NCBI GenBank assembly: GCA_028722515.1
Contig: JAQYGS010000007.1
Location: 1 to 56,934, forward strand
Length of the DNA stretch: 56,934 nucleotides
Source: Clostridia bacterium
GTDB taxonomy: Bacteria > Bacillota > Clostridia > Lachnospirales > Lachnospiraceae
Direction of reading: 5' to 3'
Shown: piece after piece, positions 17,988-27,854 of the stretch
Layout of the letters: each line of letters starts with the position of its first letter
Numbering within the stretch: position 1 is the stretch's first letter
The notes under the pieces: model-generated
Database searches by the model: none
What the model saw: the letters and a program-made list of their open reading frames with translations, nothing else
What the model was told of the DNA's origin: nothing
Translations under genes and position numbers: made by a program

Positions 17988-19604
17988 ATGAAGATTACTT
18001 TTGTGGGAGCGGCTCATGAGGTAACTGGTTCATGTTATTATCTGGAGGCAGCAGGCCGTAAATTTCTGGTCGATTGTGGGATGGAGCAGGGGCCGGATTA
18101 TTATGAGAATGTGGAAATTCCTGCAGCACCCGGAGAGCTGGATTTTGTTCTTCTTACCCATGCGCATATGGATCATTCCGGTAATCTGCCTGCAATATAT
18201 GCGAAGGGATTTCAGGGACCTGTCTATGCAACGGATGCTACCTGCAATCTGTGCGATATTATGCTTCGTGACAGCGCACATATACAGATGTTTGAAGCAG
18301 AATGGAGAAACCGAAAGGGCAGACGCCAGGGAAAACCGGAATTTGTTCCGGCATATACTATGGAAGATGCAATGGGCGTGCTGAGGAATTTTGTAAAGTG
18401 CCCATATGATAAAATATTTTGTCCAGCCCCGGGAATCCAGGTTCGTTTTGTAGATGCAGGACACCTTTTGGGTTCCGCCAGCATAGAACTGACAGTTACA
18501 GAAGGAGACAAGGAAGAAAAGATTGTATTTTCCGGAGACATTGGTAATAAAAATCAGCCATTGATCAAGGATCCTCAGTATCTTCAAGATGCGGATTATG
18601 TAATTATGGAATCTACCTATGGGGATCGAAGTCATGGGGAGAGACCTGATTATGTAAGTTTGCTGGCGCAGATCATTCAGGAGACATTTGACAGAGGCGG
18701 CAGTCTGATCATTCCTTCTTTTGCAGTAGGACGCACTCAGGAAATGCTGTATTTTATACGGCAGATTAAAGCAGACGGACTTGTCAGCGGGCACGATAAT
18801 TTTAAAGTTTATGTGGACAGTCCTCTGGCAAATGAGGCAACAACTATCTTTTCAGGACATAAGTACGATTGTTTTGACGAAGAGGCACTGGAACTTATTA
18901 AAAAGGGAATTAATCCTCTCAGCTTCCAGGGACTGAAGATTTCTGTCACCAGTGATGATTCTAAAGCGATTAATGAAGATGAAGACTGCAAAGTGATTAT
19001 ATCTGCCAGCGGAATGTGTGATGCCGGACGTATCAAGCATCATTTAAAACATAATTTATGGAATGAAAAGAATACTGTTCTGTTTGTAGGATATCAGGCA
19101 TCAGGAACTCTGGGAAGAGCACTGCTGGAAGGAGCCAGTGAAGTAAAACTTTTCGGAGAACCTGTACATGTAGGAGCCCATATATGCAGAATGCCGGGAA
19201 TCAGCGGCCATGCTGATGTAAATGGCCTTCTTGAATGGGCAGGAGCATTTAAAAAGAAACCTAAAAAGGTTTTTGTGACTCATGGAGAAGATACAGTAAC
19301 GGAAAGTTTTGCGAAAAGACTGCAGGAAGAGCTGGGTTATGATACTATGGCTCCATTTAGTGGAACAGAATATGATCTGACGGATAATGTGTGTCTTTAC
19401 GAAGCGAAAGGTATCCGAATACAGAAAACATCTGTTTCACCAAAGACAAGAAAAGCCGCCGGTATATTCGAGAAGCTGCTTTCTCTTGGATATCGTCTTC
19501 TGGAAGTTATTAAGAAAAATGAAGGAACGCCTAATAAGGATCTGGCACGTTTTTCCAGGGAAGTTCAATCTCTTTGTGATAAATGGGACAGAAAAGAAGA
19601 ATAG
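17988..19604 (+). CDS. MBL-fold beta-CASP metallo-hydrolase (putative RNase)
   Basis: 'VDCG', 'THAHMDH', 'AGHLLG', 'FSGD', 'ESTYG', 'SGHAD' motifs. Confidence 0.9.
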   Translation: MKITFVGAAHEVTGSCYYLEAAGRKFLVDCGMEQGPDYYENVEIPAAPGELDFVLLTHAHMDHSGNLPAIYAKGFQGPVYATDATCNLCDIMLRDSAHIQMFEAEWRNRKGRRQGKPEFVPAYTMEDAMGVLRNFVKCPYDKIFCPAPGIQVRFVDAGHLLGSASIELTVTEGDKEEKIVFSGDIGNKNQPLIKDPQYLQDADYVIMESTYGDRSHGERPDYVSLLAQIIQETFDRGGSLIIPSFAVGRTQEMLYFIRQIKADGLVSGHDNFKVYVDSPLANEATTIFSGHKYDCFDEEALELIKKGINPLSFQGLKISVTSDDSKAINEDEDCKVIISASGMCDAGRIKHHLKHNLWNEKNTVLFVGYQASGTLGRALLEGASEVKLFGEPVHVGAHICRMPGISGHADVNGLLEWAGAFKKKPKKVFVTHGEDTVTESFAKRLQEELGYDTMAPFSGTEYDLTDNVCLYEAKGIRIQKTSVSPKTRKAAGIFEKLLSLGYRLLEVIKKNEGTPNKDLARFSREVQSLCDKWDRKEE

Positions 19605-19613
19605 GAATATAAA

Positions 19614-19650
19614 AAGATCCTGCGGTTTATTTCAAAAACTGCAGGATCTT
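19614..19650. terminator. Bidirectional terminator between convergent genes
   Basis: AAGATCCTGCGGTTT / AAACTGCAGGATCTT inverted repeat. Confidence 0.75.
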
Positions 19651-19657
19651 AAAATTC

Positions 19658-19903
19658 TTATTTATTCAGTGCCTGTTTTAAAGCCTTAGACAGCTGGTCC
19701 GGGCAGGAAGTACTTTTGAATCCGCACTGGATTCCCTCCAGCCTTTGAATTACTTCATCAGCATCCATACCTTCTACAAGACTTGCAATTCCCTTGGTAT
19801 TTCCGTCACATCCACCGATAAAGTGTACATTATGGACTTTCTGATTCTCATCTACTTCAAAATGAATTGCCTGTGAGCAGACTCCTTTTGTTTTATATGT
19901 CAT
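19658..19903 (-). CDS. TIGR03905-type TSCPD domain protein
   Basis: 'GVCS', 'GGCDGN', 'TSCPDQL'; RBS AGGAGG. Confidence 0.9.
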   Translation of the reverse strand: MTYKTKGVCSQAIHFEVDENQKVHNVHFIGGCDGNTKGIASLVEGMDADEVIQRLEGIQCGFKSTSCPDQLSKALKQALNK

Positions 19904-20121
19904 AATATGATTCCTCCTGATGTAATAACTTGTTTATTAAGGTGTTTGGGTCAAATGACGCCATACGGATTGTTCCATACTTATCACTTCCACAATCCTG
20001 ACATCTTTGTTATTATAACAGAATATAAAAAAAGTTTCCATATAATTTAAAGATTTGATATAATGAAAAAAGTGATGGCTTGAAAAAACCATTAAATATA
20101 TTATGATTAAGAGGTGCGAAA

Positions 20122-20820
20122 ATGAACTGTATAGGAATAATCGGCGCAATGGAACAGGAAGTTTCCAGAATTAAAGATAAGATGAAAGATGTAAAGATTA
20201 CAAAGAAAGCATCTATGGATTTCTTTGAAGGATTTCTGGAAGGGAAAAAAGTGGTTGTAGTCCGTTCAGGTGTAGGCAAGGTAAACGCAGGAATCTGTAC
20301 ACAGATCCTGGCAGATGTTTTCCAAGTGGATGCTGTCATTAACACAGGAATTGCAGGAAGCCTGAATAATGATGTAAATATCGGAGACATTGTCCTGTCC
20401 ACAGATGTAATGCATCACGATATGGATGCGGTAGGTTTTGGATATAAGAAAGGCCAGATTCCACAGATGAACGAATTTTCTTTTCAGGCAGATGACAACC
20501 TGAGAAAGATTGCTGCAAGAGTCTGCCATGAGGTAAATCCGGAAATTCAGGTTTTTGAAGGAAGAATCTGTTCCGGAGATCAGTTTATTTCAGATAAGAA
20601 CAAAAAAGATACTATTGCCGCTGAATTTGGAGGATATGCTACGGAGATGGAAGGAGCTGCAATCGGACAGGCAGCTTATCTGAATGGAATACCATTCCTG
20701 GTGATCCGTGCTATTTCTGATAAGGCAGATGGAAGTGCAAATATGGATTATGCTCAGTTTGAACAGGCGGCTATTGAACATAGTGTAAAGCTTACAGTAA
20801 GAATGGTTCAGGAGATGTAA
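20122..20820 (+). CDS. mtnN: 5'-methylthioadenosine/S-adenosylhomocysteine nucleosidase
   Basis: 'IGAMEQE', 'SGVGKVNA', 'SGDQF', 'EMEGAA', 'RAISD'. Confidence 0.95.
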   Translation: MNCIGIIGAMEQEVSRIKDKMKDVKITKKASMDFFEGFLEGKKVVVVRSGVGKVNAGICTQILADVFQVDAVINTGIAGSLNNDVNIGDIVLSTDVMHHDMDAVGFGYKKGQIPQMNEFSFQADDNLRKIAARVCHEVNPEIQVFEGRICSGDQFISDKNKKDTIAAEFGGYATEMEGAAIGQAAYLNGIPFLVIRAISDKADGSANMDYAQFEQAAIEHSVKLTVRMVQEM

Positions 20821-20881
20821 TCGTTGTCCCGGGAACAGATCTGGGCATTTTTGCATATACTGCAATAGATAACTGTAAGAA

Positions 20882-21265
20882 ATGCAGGATTGTTATATGT
20901 ATTATGATAAATATTTCCCGTTTTATGCAGCATATGCCAATCCCCTGCTTTATGAGGGAGAGAGGATGCAGGAGAGAGAATTTGAACTGATGAAATCTTA
21001 CTATCCCCTGACTGTTCAGAGAATACAGGAAAAAGTAGAGGAAGAATGCCAGCTCCTGGATTATGAGGGCAGCCGTCTTTATGATGAATATCCGGATAAA
21101 TATATGCTTCATCATCTGTGCATGAAGATCAAAAATGAAGTAGAACCGGAAATGTCTGCCCAGGCTGTACCGGAGAATTTTCTGAGCGAACTGGTACAGG
21201 TACTGCTTTGTCAGGAAATATCCAGAAGACGCTGTCGCAGGCAACGCTGCCGAAGGTATTTCTGA
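20882..21265 (+). CDS. Hypothetical protein, Tyr-rich N-terminus and Arg/Cys-rich C-terminus (possibly spore-associated)
   Basis: 127-aa ORF filling the gap between genes; 'LDYEGSRLYDEYPD' motif; upstream CATATACT sporulation-type -10. Confidence 0.65.
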   Translation: MQDCYMYYDKYFPFYAAYANPLLYEGERMQEREFELMKSYYPLTVQRIQEKVEEECQLLDYEGSRLYDEYPDKYMLHHLCMKIKNEVEPEMSAQAVPENFLSELVQVLLCQEISRRRCRRQRCRRYF

Positions 21266-21326
21266 GTTGTGATTTTTATGTGCCTGCCCTGCTCATTGTG
21301 ATAAAGAAAGAAGAGGAAACGAAACT

Positions 21327-23777
21327 ATGAAAAGAAAGCTGAAAAAGATCATAATTCTTTTTCTTGTTTTTATACTGGGTGTGGCGGGCACAGCACTGCT
21401 GCTTAATAGTGAAAAAACAGATGACCGCTCTGATATGGAAGATGCATCCTTTCCAGAAGTAATGCTTGATATGAACGGAAACTATGCGAACCGTATGTGT
21501 GGTTATGCTCATCCTATGCAGACAGATTTTATCAGAGACTGTGTGACTCCTCTGGATAATTCAAAAAAACTGACCTTTGTAGTTAATCCTTATAAGACAA
21601 AAGTAAATAGTTTGTCTTATGAAATACGTACTTCCGATGGGAGTAAGGTTCTTGAGAATAAAAAAATAAAAAACCTGAAGAAAGATGGAAATTACCTTCG
21701 GGCAGGTGTAAAAATCGGAAGCGATCTGAGAATGAATCAGGAATATTCAATGGAGATTTCACTGGATATTGGAAAAAAGACTGTATATTACTACACCAGA
21801 ATCGTTTCCAGATCTAAAGTAAATGCCGCAGATTATGTTGCCTTTGCACAGGGCTTTTATGAAGCATGCCTGGATAAAAATACCGCAGACGGGCTTGCTG
21901 CTTATCTGGAACCTGAAAGTACGGGAAATTCCACCAATTATTCTGATATTGATATTCACTCTTCTTTAAATGAAATCAGCTGGGGAACTATGAAGCCAAA
22001 GCTTAACAAGAAGGGCATTCCGGTAATTAAAGACATTAATGAGACTACGGCAAGTATTTCCCTGGAATATCAGATCACATCCAAAGATGATGAAAACAAT
22101 ACAGAAGTTTATGATGTGGAAGAGTTTTACAGAATGAGATATACGGATTCCAGAATTCGGCTTCTGAATTTTGAACGGTCAGCATCACAGGTGTTTGATC
22201 CGTCCCTTCCTGTATTTTCGGATGAAGGTGTTCTTCTTGGAATCAGGAACCGCAATGTTGATTATATGGTAAGTGAAAATGCTTCAGTGATCGCCTTCGT
22301 ACAGCAGGGAGATCTGTGGTCATATTCTCCGGAAAATGGAAAAGCTGTTCAGGTGTTTAGCTTCCGCAGGGACACGGATGAAGATTTCAGGTATTCCAGA
22401 CAGCAGCATAATATTAAGATCATCCGTATAAGCGATGATGGAAATATAGATTTTGCAGTTTATGGATACATGAACAGGGGAGAATATGAAGGATACAACG
22501 GAGTGGGAATCTACTATTATAATAATGACCAGAATCTGGTAGAAGAAAAGGCGTTTGTTCCTATTTCCGAGTCATATGATTTTCTGAAAAAGGATCTTGG
22601 TACTTTATCGTATGTAAATAAACAGGATCAGCTGTTCCTTCTTTTTGCACAGAGACTTTATCAGATCGATATAATGAATCACACTTATGAAATTCTGGAG
22701 GACGGAATTGAAAATGAAAATTTCGTCATCTCAGATTCAAATGCTCATGCAGCATGGCTGGTTACTCAGGGAGAGAATGAAGGGAAGATCAAGGAGATTG
22801 ATTTTGAAACAAAGAAAACCAGATTTATTGAGCCTGAGAAAGGGTGGCAGCTGCGTACAGTTGGATTTATGAATGAGGATCTGATTTACGGACTTCTGTC
22901 GGATTCTGATATTCTTACAGATTCAAACGGGCATGTTTCAGAAGGACTTCAGACTCTTTATATTGAGGACTTTGATGGAAACAGGAAAAAGGAATATCAT
23001 AAAGAGGGAATGCACATTACGGACATTACAGTAGGAGGAACTCTGATAGAATTTGGTCTTTCTGTAAAATCAGGAGATACTTCTTATGTTATTCAGAAAA
23101 AAGATAATATAATGAATAACAGTAAAACAGCCCAAAATAATGGAAGGATAGAAATATCTCCTTATTCGAGAACGGGAATAAGAGTGAAGCTTGCTTTTGA
23201 AGAGAAGAAGGATGTAAGTGAACCTCTGATAAAGTATGCAAAGATTCGCAGCATAAAAGAGAAAGAAATTCAGATAGATACACTGATTCCCGAGAAAGAA
23301 ATGTATTACGTATATGCCCGTGGAGAATTTGACAATTGTTATTATAATCCGGCTCAGGCGGTTCAAAGAGCAGACGAAACCGGCGGAGTTGTACTGAACA
23401 GGGCACAGCAATATATATGGGAACGTGGAAATAAGAAAACAAAAATACAGTTCAGTATTGAAGATGTGCCTGAAATCATACGTACAGGAATCTGGGATAG
23501 AGATAAGCTGCAGCAAGAGCTTGGAGATAAAGGCACAGTGCTTGATCTTTCCGGGTGTTCTCTGGACAGTGTATTATATGAAGTAAGTGCCCAGAGACCG
23601 GTAATCGTCAGGACAGGAGATAAGACGAGCAGAGTGATCGTTGGATATGATGAATATAATACCTATCTATACGATCCGGTTTCCGGAGAAACCAAGCCAT
23701 ATGGCATGAATGACAGTACAGAACTGTTTGAAAAAGCCGGGAACATTTTTATTTGTTATATGGAATCTGTAAATTAA
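21327..23777 (+). CDS. Large membrane-anchored hypothetical protein
   Basis: 816 aa; N-terminal anchor; beta-rich middle; C-terminus 'RPVIV...VIVGYDE...LYDP' resembles the C39-like peptidase fold. Confidence 0.75.
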   Translation: MKRKLKKIIILFLVFILGVAGTALLLNSEKTDDRSDMEDASFPEVMLDMNGNYANRMCGYAHPMQTDFIRDCVTPLDNSKKLTFVVNPYKTKVNSLSYEIRTSDGSKVLENKKIKNLKKDGNYLRAGVKIGSDLRMNQEYSMEISLDIGKKTVYYYTRIVSRSKVNAADYVAFAQGFYEACLDKNTADGLAAYLEPESTGNSTNYSDIDIHSSLNEISWGTMKPKLNKKGIPVIKDINETTASISLEYQITSKDDENNTEVYDVEEFYRMRYTDSRIRLLNFERSASQVFDPSLPVFSDEGVLLGIRNRNVDYMVSENASVIAFVQQGDLWSYSPENGKAVQVFSFRRDTDEDFRYSRQQHNIKIIRISDDGNIDFAVYGYMNRGEYEGYNGVGIYYYNNDQNLVEEKAFVPISESYDFLKKDLGTLSYVNKQDQLFLLFAQRLYQIDIMNHTYEILEDGIENENFVISDSNAHAAWLVTQGENEGKIKEIDFETKKTRFIEPEKGWQLRTVGFMNEDLIYGLLSDSDILTDSNGHVSEGLQTLYIEDFDGNRKKEYHKEGMHITDITVGGTLIEFGLSVKSGDTSYVIQKKDNIMNNSKTAQNNGRIEISPYSRTGIRVKLAFEEKKDVSEPLIKYAKIRSIKEKEIQIDTLIPEKEMYYVYARGEFDNCYYNPAQAVQRADETGGVVLNRAQQYIWERGNKKTKIQFSIEDVPEIIRTGIWDRDKLQQELGDKGTVLDLSGCSLDSVLYEVSAQRPVIVRTGDKTSRVIVGYDEYNTYLYDPVSGETKPYGMNDSTELFEKAGNIFICYMESVN

Positions 23778-23808
23778 AAATACTTAGAAAAACATCTGGG
23801 GGAAAAAT

Positions 23809-25299
23809 ATGTTATATGAGAATATCAGCAAACTTGTGCAGTATGGAATTGAGACAGGCCTGACACCCATCTGTGAAAAAAACTATACGATTAATCTGCT
23901 TCTGGAACTTTTTCATGAAGATGATTATGTGGAACCTGAAGAAAACTATACAGATATCAATCTTGAAGAGGTCCTCAATGCTCTTCTTGATGAGGCAGTC
24001 GAGAGACATCTTATTGAAGACAGCATCGTATACAGAGACCTTTTTGACACAAAGATGATGAACTGTCTGATGCCACGTCCTTCGCAGGTTCAGAAAGAGT
24101 TCTGGACAAGATATGAAAAGAACCCTGTCGAAGCAACAGATTATTTTTATAAGCTTAGTCAGGACAGTAATTATATTCGCCGTTACAGGGTAGAGAAAGA
24201 TCAGAAATGGACATTTGACAGCGAGTATGGAACCATTGATATTACAATTAATCTCTCTAAACCGGAAAAAGATCCAAAAGCCATTGCTGCGGCAAGGCTT
24301 GCAAAATCTGGAAGCTATCCCAAATGTCTTCTTTGTCCGGAAAATGAGGGGTATGCAGGGAGAGTTAACCATCCTGCAAGAGAGAATCACAGAATCATTC
24401 CCATAACGATCAATGACAGCCCATGGGGATTCCAGTATTCTCCATATGTTTATTATAATGAACACTGTATTGTATTTAACAGCCAGCATGTTCCTATGAA
24501 AATTGAAAGGAACACATTTGTGAAGCTTTTTGACTTTGTAAAGCTGTTTCCTCATTATTTTCTTGGATCCAATGCAGATCTTCCCATTGTAGGAGGCTCT
24601 ATTTTAAGCCATGATCATTTTCAGGGTGGTCATTATACTTTTGCTATGGCAAAAGCAGCTATTGAGAAGCATGTCACAATTCCGGGATATGAAGATGTGG
24701 AAGCCGGCATTGTAAAATGGCCTCTTTCTGTCATAAGGATCCGTCATAAGGATGAGAAACGTCTGATTGATCTGGCTTCTCATATCCTGGAGGTATGGAG
24801 AGGATATACGGATGAAGATGCCTTTATATTTGCAGAAACTGACGGAGAACCTCATAACACTATTACACCTATTGCCCGTAAGGTGGGAGATACCTTTGAA
24901 CTTGATCTGACTCTGAGAAATAATATTACGACAAAGGAACATCCTCTGGGAGTGTACCATCCTCATGCACAGTATCACCATATTAAGAAAGAAAATATAG
25001 GGCTGATCGAAGTAATGGGACTTGCTGTTCTTCCTTCAAGGCTTAAGGAAGAACTTGAACTTCTGGAAGAGTATATTCTGGAACACAAAGATATTAATTC
25101 CAATGAAAAAATCAGAAAACATGCAGACTGGGTATCAGAGTTTCTTCCCAGATATGACCATATAGATGAAGAAAATATTCAGGAAATACTTCGCACAGAG
25201 GTTGGCAGGGTATTTGTCCATGTTTTGGAAGATGCCGGTGTGTACAAATGCACTCCAGAGGGCAGAGCTGCATTTATGAGATTTATTGATAACCTGTAA
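23809..25299 (+). CDS. galT: Galactose-1-phosphate uridylyltransferase (Gram-positive type)
   Basis: 'ITINLSKPEKDPK', 'YSPYVYYNEH', 'GGSILSHDHFQGG', 'HIKKENIGLIEVMG'. Confidence 0.95.
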   Translation: MLYENISKLVQYGIETGLTPICEKNYTINLLLELFHEDDYVEPEENYTDINLEEVLNALLDEAVERHLIEDSIVYRDLFDTKMMNCLMPRPSQVQKEFWTRYEKNPVEATDYFYKLSQDSNYIRRYRVEKDQKWTFDSEYGTIDITINLSKPEKDPKAIAAARLAKSGSYPKCLLCPENEGYAGRVNHPARENHRIIPITINDSPWGFQYSPYVYYNEHCIVFNSQHVPMKIERNTFVKLFDFVKLFPHYFLGSNADLPIVGGSILSHDHFQGGHYTFAMAKAAIEKHVTIPGYEDVEAGIVKWPLSVIRIRHKDEKRLIDLASHILEVWRGYTDEDAFIFAETDGEPHNTITPIARKVGDTFELDLTLRNNITTKEHPLGVYHPHAQYHHIKKENIGLIEVMGLAVLPSRLKEELELLEEYILEHKDINSNEKIRKHADWVSEFLPRYDHIDEENIQEILRTEVGRVFVHVLEDAGVYKCTPEGRAAFMRFIDNL

Positions 25300-25343
25300 A
25301 TGGTGGAGCTGTTTCTACATATATCAGGGTTAAGGAGGTTAAT

Positions 25344-27746
25344 ATGCATAAGCGAAAATACATAAAATTAACCAGAATACTATGTCTTATTGTATGTTTT
25401 ATACTTATGATTGCGGATATCCCGGTTCAGGCAGCTGAATTTGGGGATTCATGGGAAAATGAAAGCGCTTTCAGCTCTGGACCGGATGAATATGGAAGCA
25501 CGGATATTAATTTAAATAATGTGGAAGAAACTCCGGAACCGACAGTGAGCCCGGAACCGACAGTGAGCCCGGAACCGACAGTGAGCCCGGAACCGACAGT
25601 GAGTCCGGAACCGACAGTGAGTCCGGAACCGACAGTGAGCCCGGTGCCAACGGTAAGTCCTGCTCCCACAGTAACTCCCACTCCGCCACTTGACCCTGAG
25701 AAAGAAATCCTGATCTGCTTCCTGGATGGAGATGGAAAAGAATGCGAGGATGAAAATACAAAAAGTATACGTGCAGAGTGGGGGCAATCTGTGATTCTGC
25801 CTCATGTTCCTGAAGAAGACGCTCCCGATATGTGGAAACTGGATAAAGATAAAAGCCTTGATAACAGCATTTATTTTCAGGGTGGAGACAAAATTACATT
25901 AAGAAAAGAAGACAGCCTGAAAGATTTTACCGTAAACGGAGTTCTGAATCTTTATATGCCGAAAAAATGCAAGATAGTTTTATATAATAATTCCGGAACT
26001 GCCGTATTTCCAGGAGGAATTCTTGATGCATATGAGAGAAGAACTGTGATTCTTCCTGATATGCCCAGTTCAAAATATATTAATTATGGCTGGACAGACC
26101 GGAAAAGTTCTGTTCAGGTTCAGTATGATCTGAATATGGAATACAGAGTTACCTGGGATCAGAATCTTTACATTGTCCGACGTACATCTCTTAAGGCCTC
26201 ATTTTATGATCAGACAGGGAAAAGCAGCAGCAACTTTACGAAACTAAACCAGGTAATCGGAAAGGGATTGTCAATTACCCTTCCTAAAGTTCCTGAGAAG
26301 ACCGGGTATCAGGCTCTGGGATGGTCTAAAAGTAAAAACGCGTCCAAAGCTTCCTATAAAGCAGGCGATAAGGCAGTTGTCAATACACCCGTATCTTTTT
26401 ATGCAGTATACAGAAAATATCCGTATGAAGTAACATTTAATAATAATAGTGGGACAAGCAAAAGCACAGCATATAAGGCATTGAAAATATATGCTTCTTC
26501 CAACCAGGCGGTTACTTTGCCAAAGGTTCCTAAAGCTGCGGGTTATGTAAATCTTGGATGGACAACTGCCAAAGGGAAAACAACTCCGTTATATAAAGAA
26601 GGTTCTAAGTATAAAGTAAAGAAAAATACAAAATTTTATGCAGTGAGGAGAAAGAGTAAATATTTTAAGGTGACATTCTTTCGGGGTGATGGAAAAACAG
26701 ACTCTTCCTACCAGAAGCTTGCGAAGACGGTAGAAGAAGGTACTGTTATAAAATTGCCTGTAGTGCCTGAAAGAAGTGGATACATTAATCTTGGCTGGTC
26801 CACAGCCAAAAATGCGGATAAAGCAATTTCCGGCAGTTCATATACTGTTAATAAAACGATTCAGTTTTATTCTGTACAGAAAAAACAGGTTACTGTTACT
26901 CTGAGAAAGAACAATGGAAGTGTAAGCAGCAAAGTTTATCTGCCACAAGGAGCTTCCTATACGCTGCCGAGTGTAAGAGATGCGTCAGGATATACGTTCA
27001 TGGGTTGGTCCACTAAAGCAGGACAGTCGGTCAAACCGGAATATGAAGCGGAGGAAACCATTACTGTAAATAAGAATATTAATCTGTATGCAGTAGTTTT
27101 TAACCGTTTATCAGAACCGGATCTTACTTCCTACGAACTTCCACAGGTAAACATTTATAAGTATAAACAGGTAGTCTTTATTGGAGATTCCCGTATTTGT
27201 TACATGAAAAATGTCCTGGATAATACATCCGAATCCGGGGTTAAAAATGTACAGTTTATCTGCAAGGCAGGGCAAGGGCTGTCGTGGTTAAAGCAGACAG
27301 GATACTATTCACTGTTTAACCTGGTAAAGAACGATACAGATGGCCTGATGAATAAAAAAACAGCAGTTATTTTCAATCTGGGTGTAAATGATCTGAAAAA
27401 ATATAAGGATTATGTGAATTATTATAATTCTATTTCAACAATCCTTAAGAGCCATGGCTGTGAATTATACTGTATGTCTGTAAATCCCATAAACCGCTCT
27501 ATGCTTAGAGATGCTGGAAAAGCAGACAGAAGTGAAAAAGATCTTCGCTATTTCAACAGTTATCTGAAAAATAATCTAAATTCCTCCTTTCAGTATATAG
27601 ATATGTATCATTATCTGAAATCAACAGGATATGGTTTTTCTCAAAGCTACTACGGCCTGGATGATACAGATGATGGGCTTCATTACACAGCAAAAACATA
27701 TAAGAGGATTTTTGCAAAGTGTCTGCAGTCATTGAAATACAGCTGA
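25344..27746 (+). CDS. Secreted protein with a PTVSPE repeat, InlB-B/Listeria-Bacteroides-like repeats and a C-terminal SGNH hydrolase
   Basis: Signal peptide (VQA|AE); several 'LP....GY...GW.T....Y..G' repeats; SGNH blocks 'GDS', 'GVND', 'DGLH'. Confidence 0.82.
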   Translation: MHKRKYIKLTRILCLIVCFILMIADIPVQAAEFGDSWENESAFSSGPDEYGSTDINLNNVEETPEPTVSPEPTVSPEPTVSPEPTVSPEPTVSPEPTVSPVPTVSPAPTVTPTPPLDPEKEILICFLDGDGKECEDENTKSIRAEWGQSVILPHVPEEDAPDMWKLDKDKSLDNSIYFQGGDKITLRKEDSLKDFTVNGVLNLYMPKKCKIVLYNNSGTAVFPGGILDAYERRTVILPDMPSSKYINYGWTDRKSSVQVQYDLNMEYRVTWDQNLYIVRRTSLKASFYDQTGKSSSNFTKLNQVIGKGLSITLPKVPEKTGYQALGWSKSKNASKASYKAGDKAVVNTPVSFYAVYRKYPYEVTFNNNSGTSKSTAYKALKIYASSNQAVTLPKVPKAAGYVNLGWTTAKGKTTPLYKEGSKYKVKKNTKFYAVRRKSKYFKVTFFRGDGKTDSSYQKLAKTVEEGTVIKLPVVPERSGYINLGWSTAKNADKAISGSSYTVNKTIQFYSVQKKQVTVTLRKNNGSVSSKVYLPQGASYTLPSVRDASGYTFMGWSTKAGQSVKPEYEAEETITVNKNINLYAVVFNRLSEPDLTSYELPQVNIYKYKQVVFIGDSRICYMKNVLDNTSESGVKNVQFICKAGQGLSWLKQTGYYSLFNLVKNDTDGLMNKKTAVIFNLGVNDLKKYKDYVNYYNSISTILKSHGCELYCMSVNPINRSMLRDAGKADRSEKDLRYFNSYLKNNLNSSFQYIDMYHYLKSTGYGFSQSYYGLDDTDDGLHYTAKTYKRIFAKCLQSLKYS
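25533..25676 (+). repeat. 18-bp in-frame tandem repeat (PEPTVS)x6 plus 2 degenerate units
   Basis: CCGGAACCGACAGTGAG[C/T] x6 (25533-25640), then two diverged copies. Confidence 0.95.
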
Positions 27747-27760
27747 TATAAAAATACTCC

Positions 27761-27789
27761 TTGTAGGATATGAAGGAATAGTCTATACT
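27761..27789 (+). promoter_or_regulatory. Putative sigma-A promoter of asnS
   Basis: TTGTAG-N17-TATACT. Confidence 0.5.
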
Positions 27790-27854
27790 TAAAAGAGGAG
27801 ATCCTTTAAGAATGAAGAAGTAATATAATGATGTGGAGAAGGGAAAAGATTGAT

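Noticed and set aside
25533-25676. Tandem repeat as a possible CRISPR array
   Set aside because: Contiguous 18-bp units with no spacers, in frame within a CDS, and no cas genes nearby.
27747-27854. T-box riboswitch ahead of asnS
   Set aside because: The leader is too short (about 60 nt after the promoter) and has no T-box motif or terminator.
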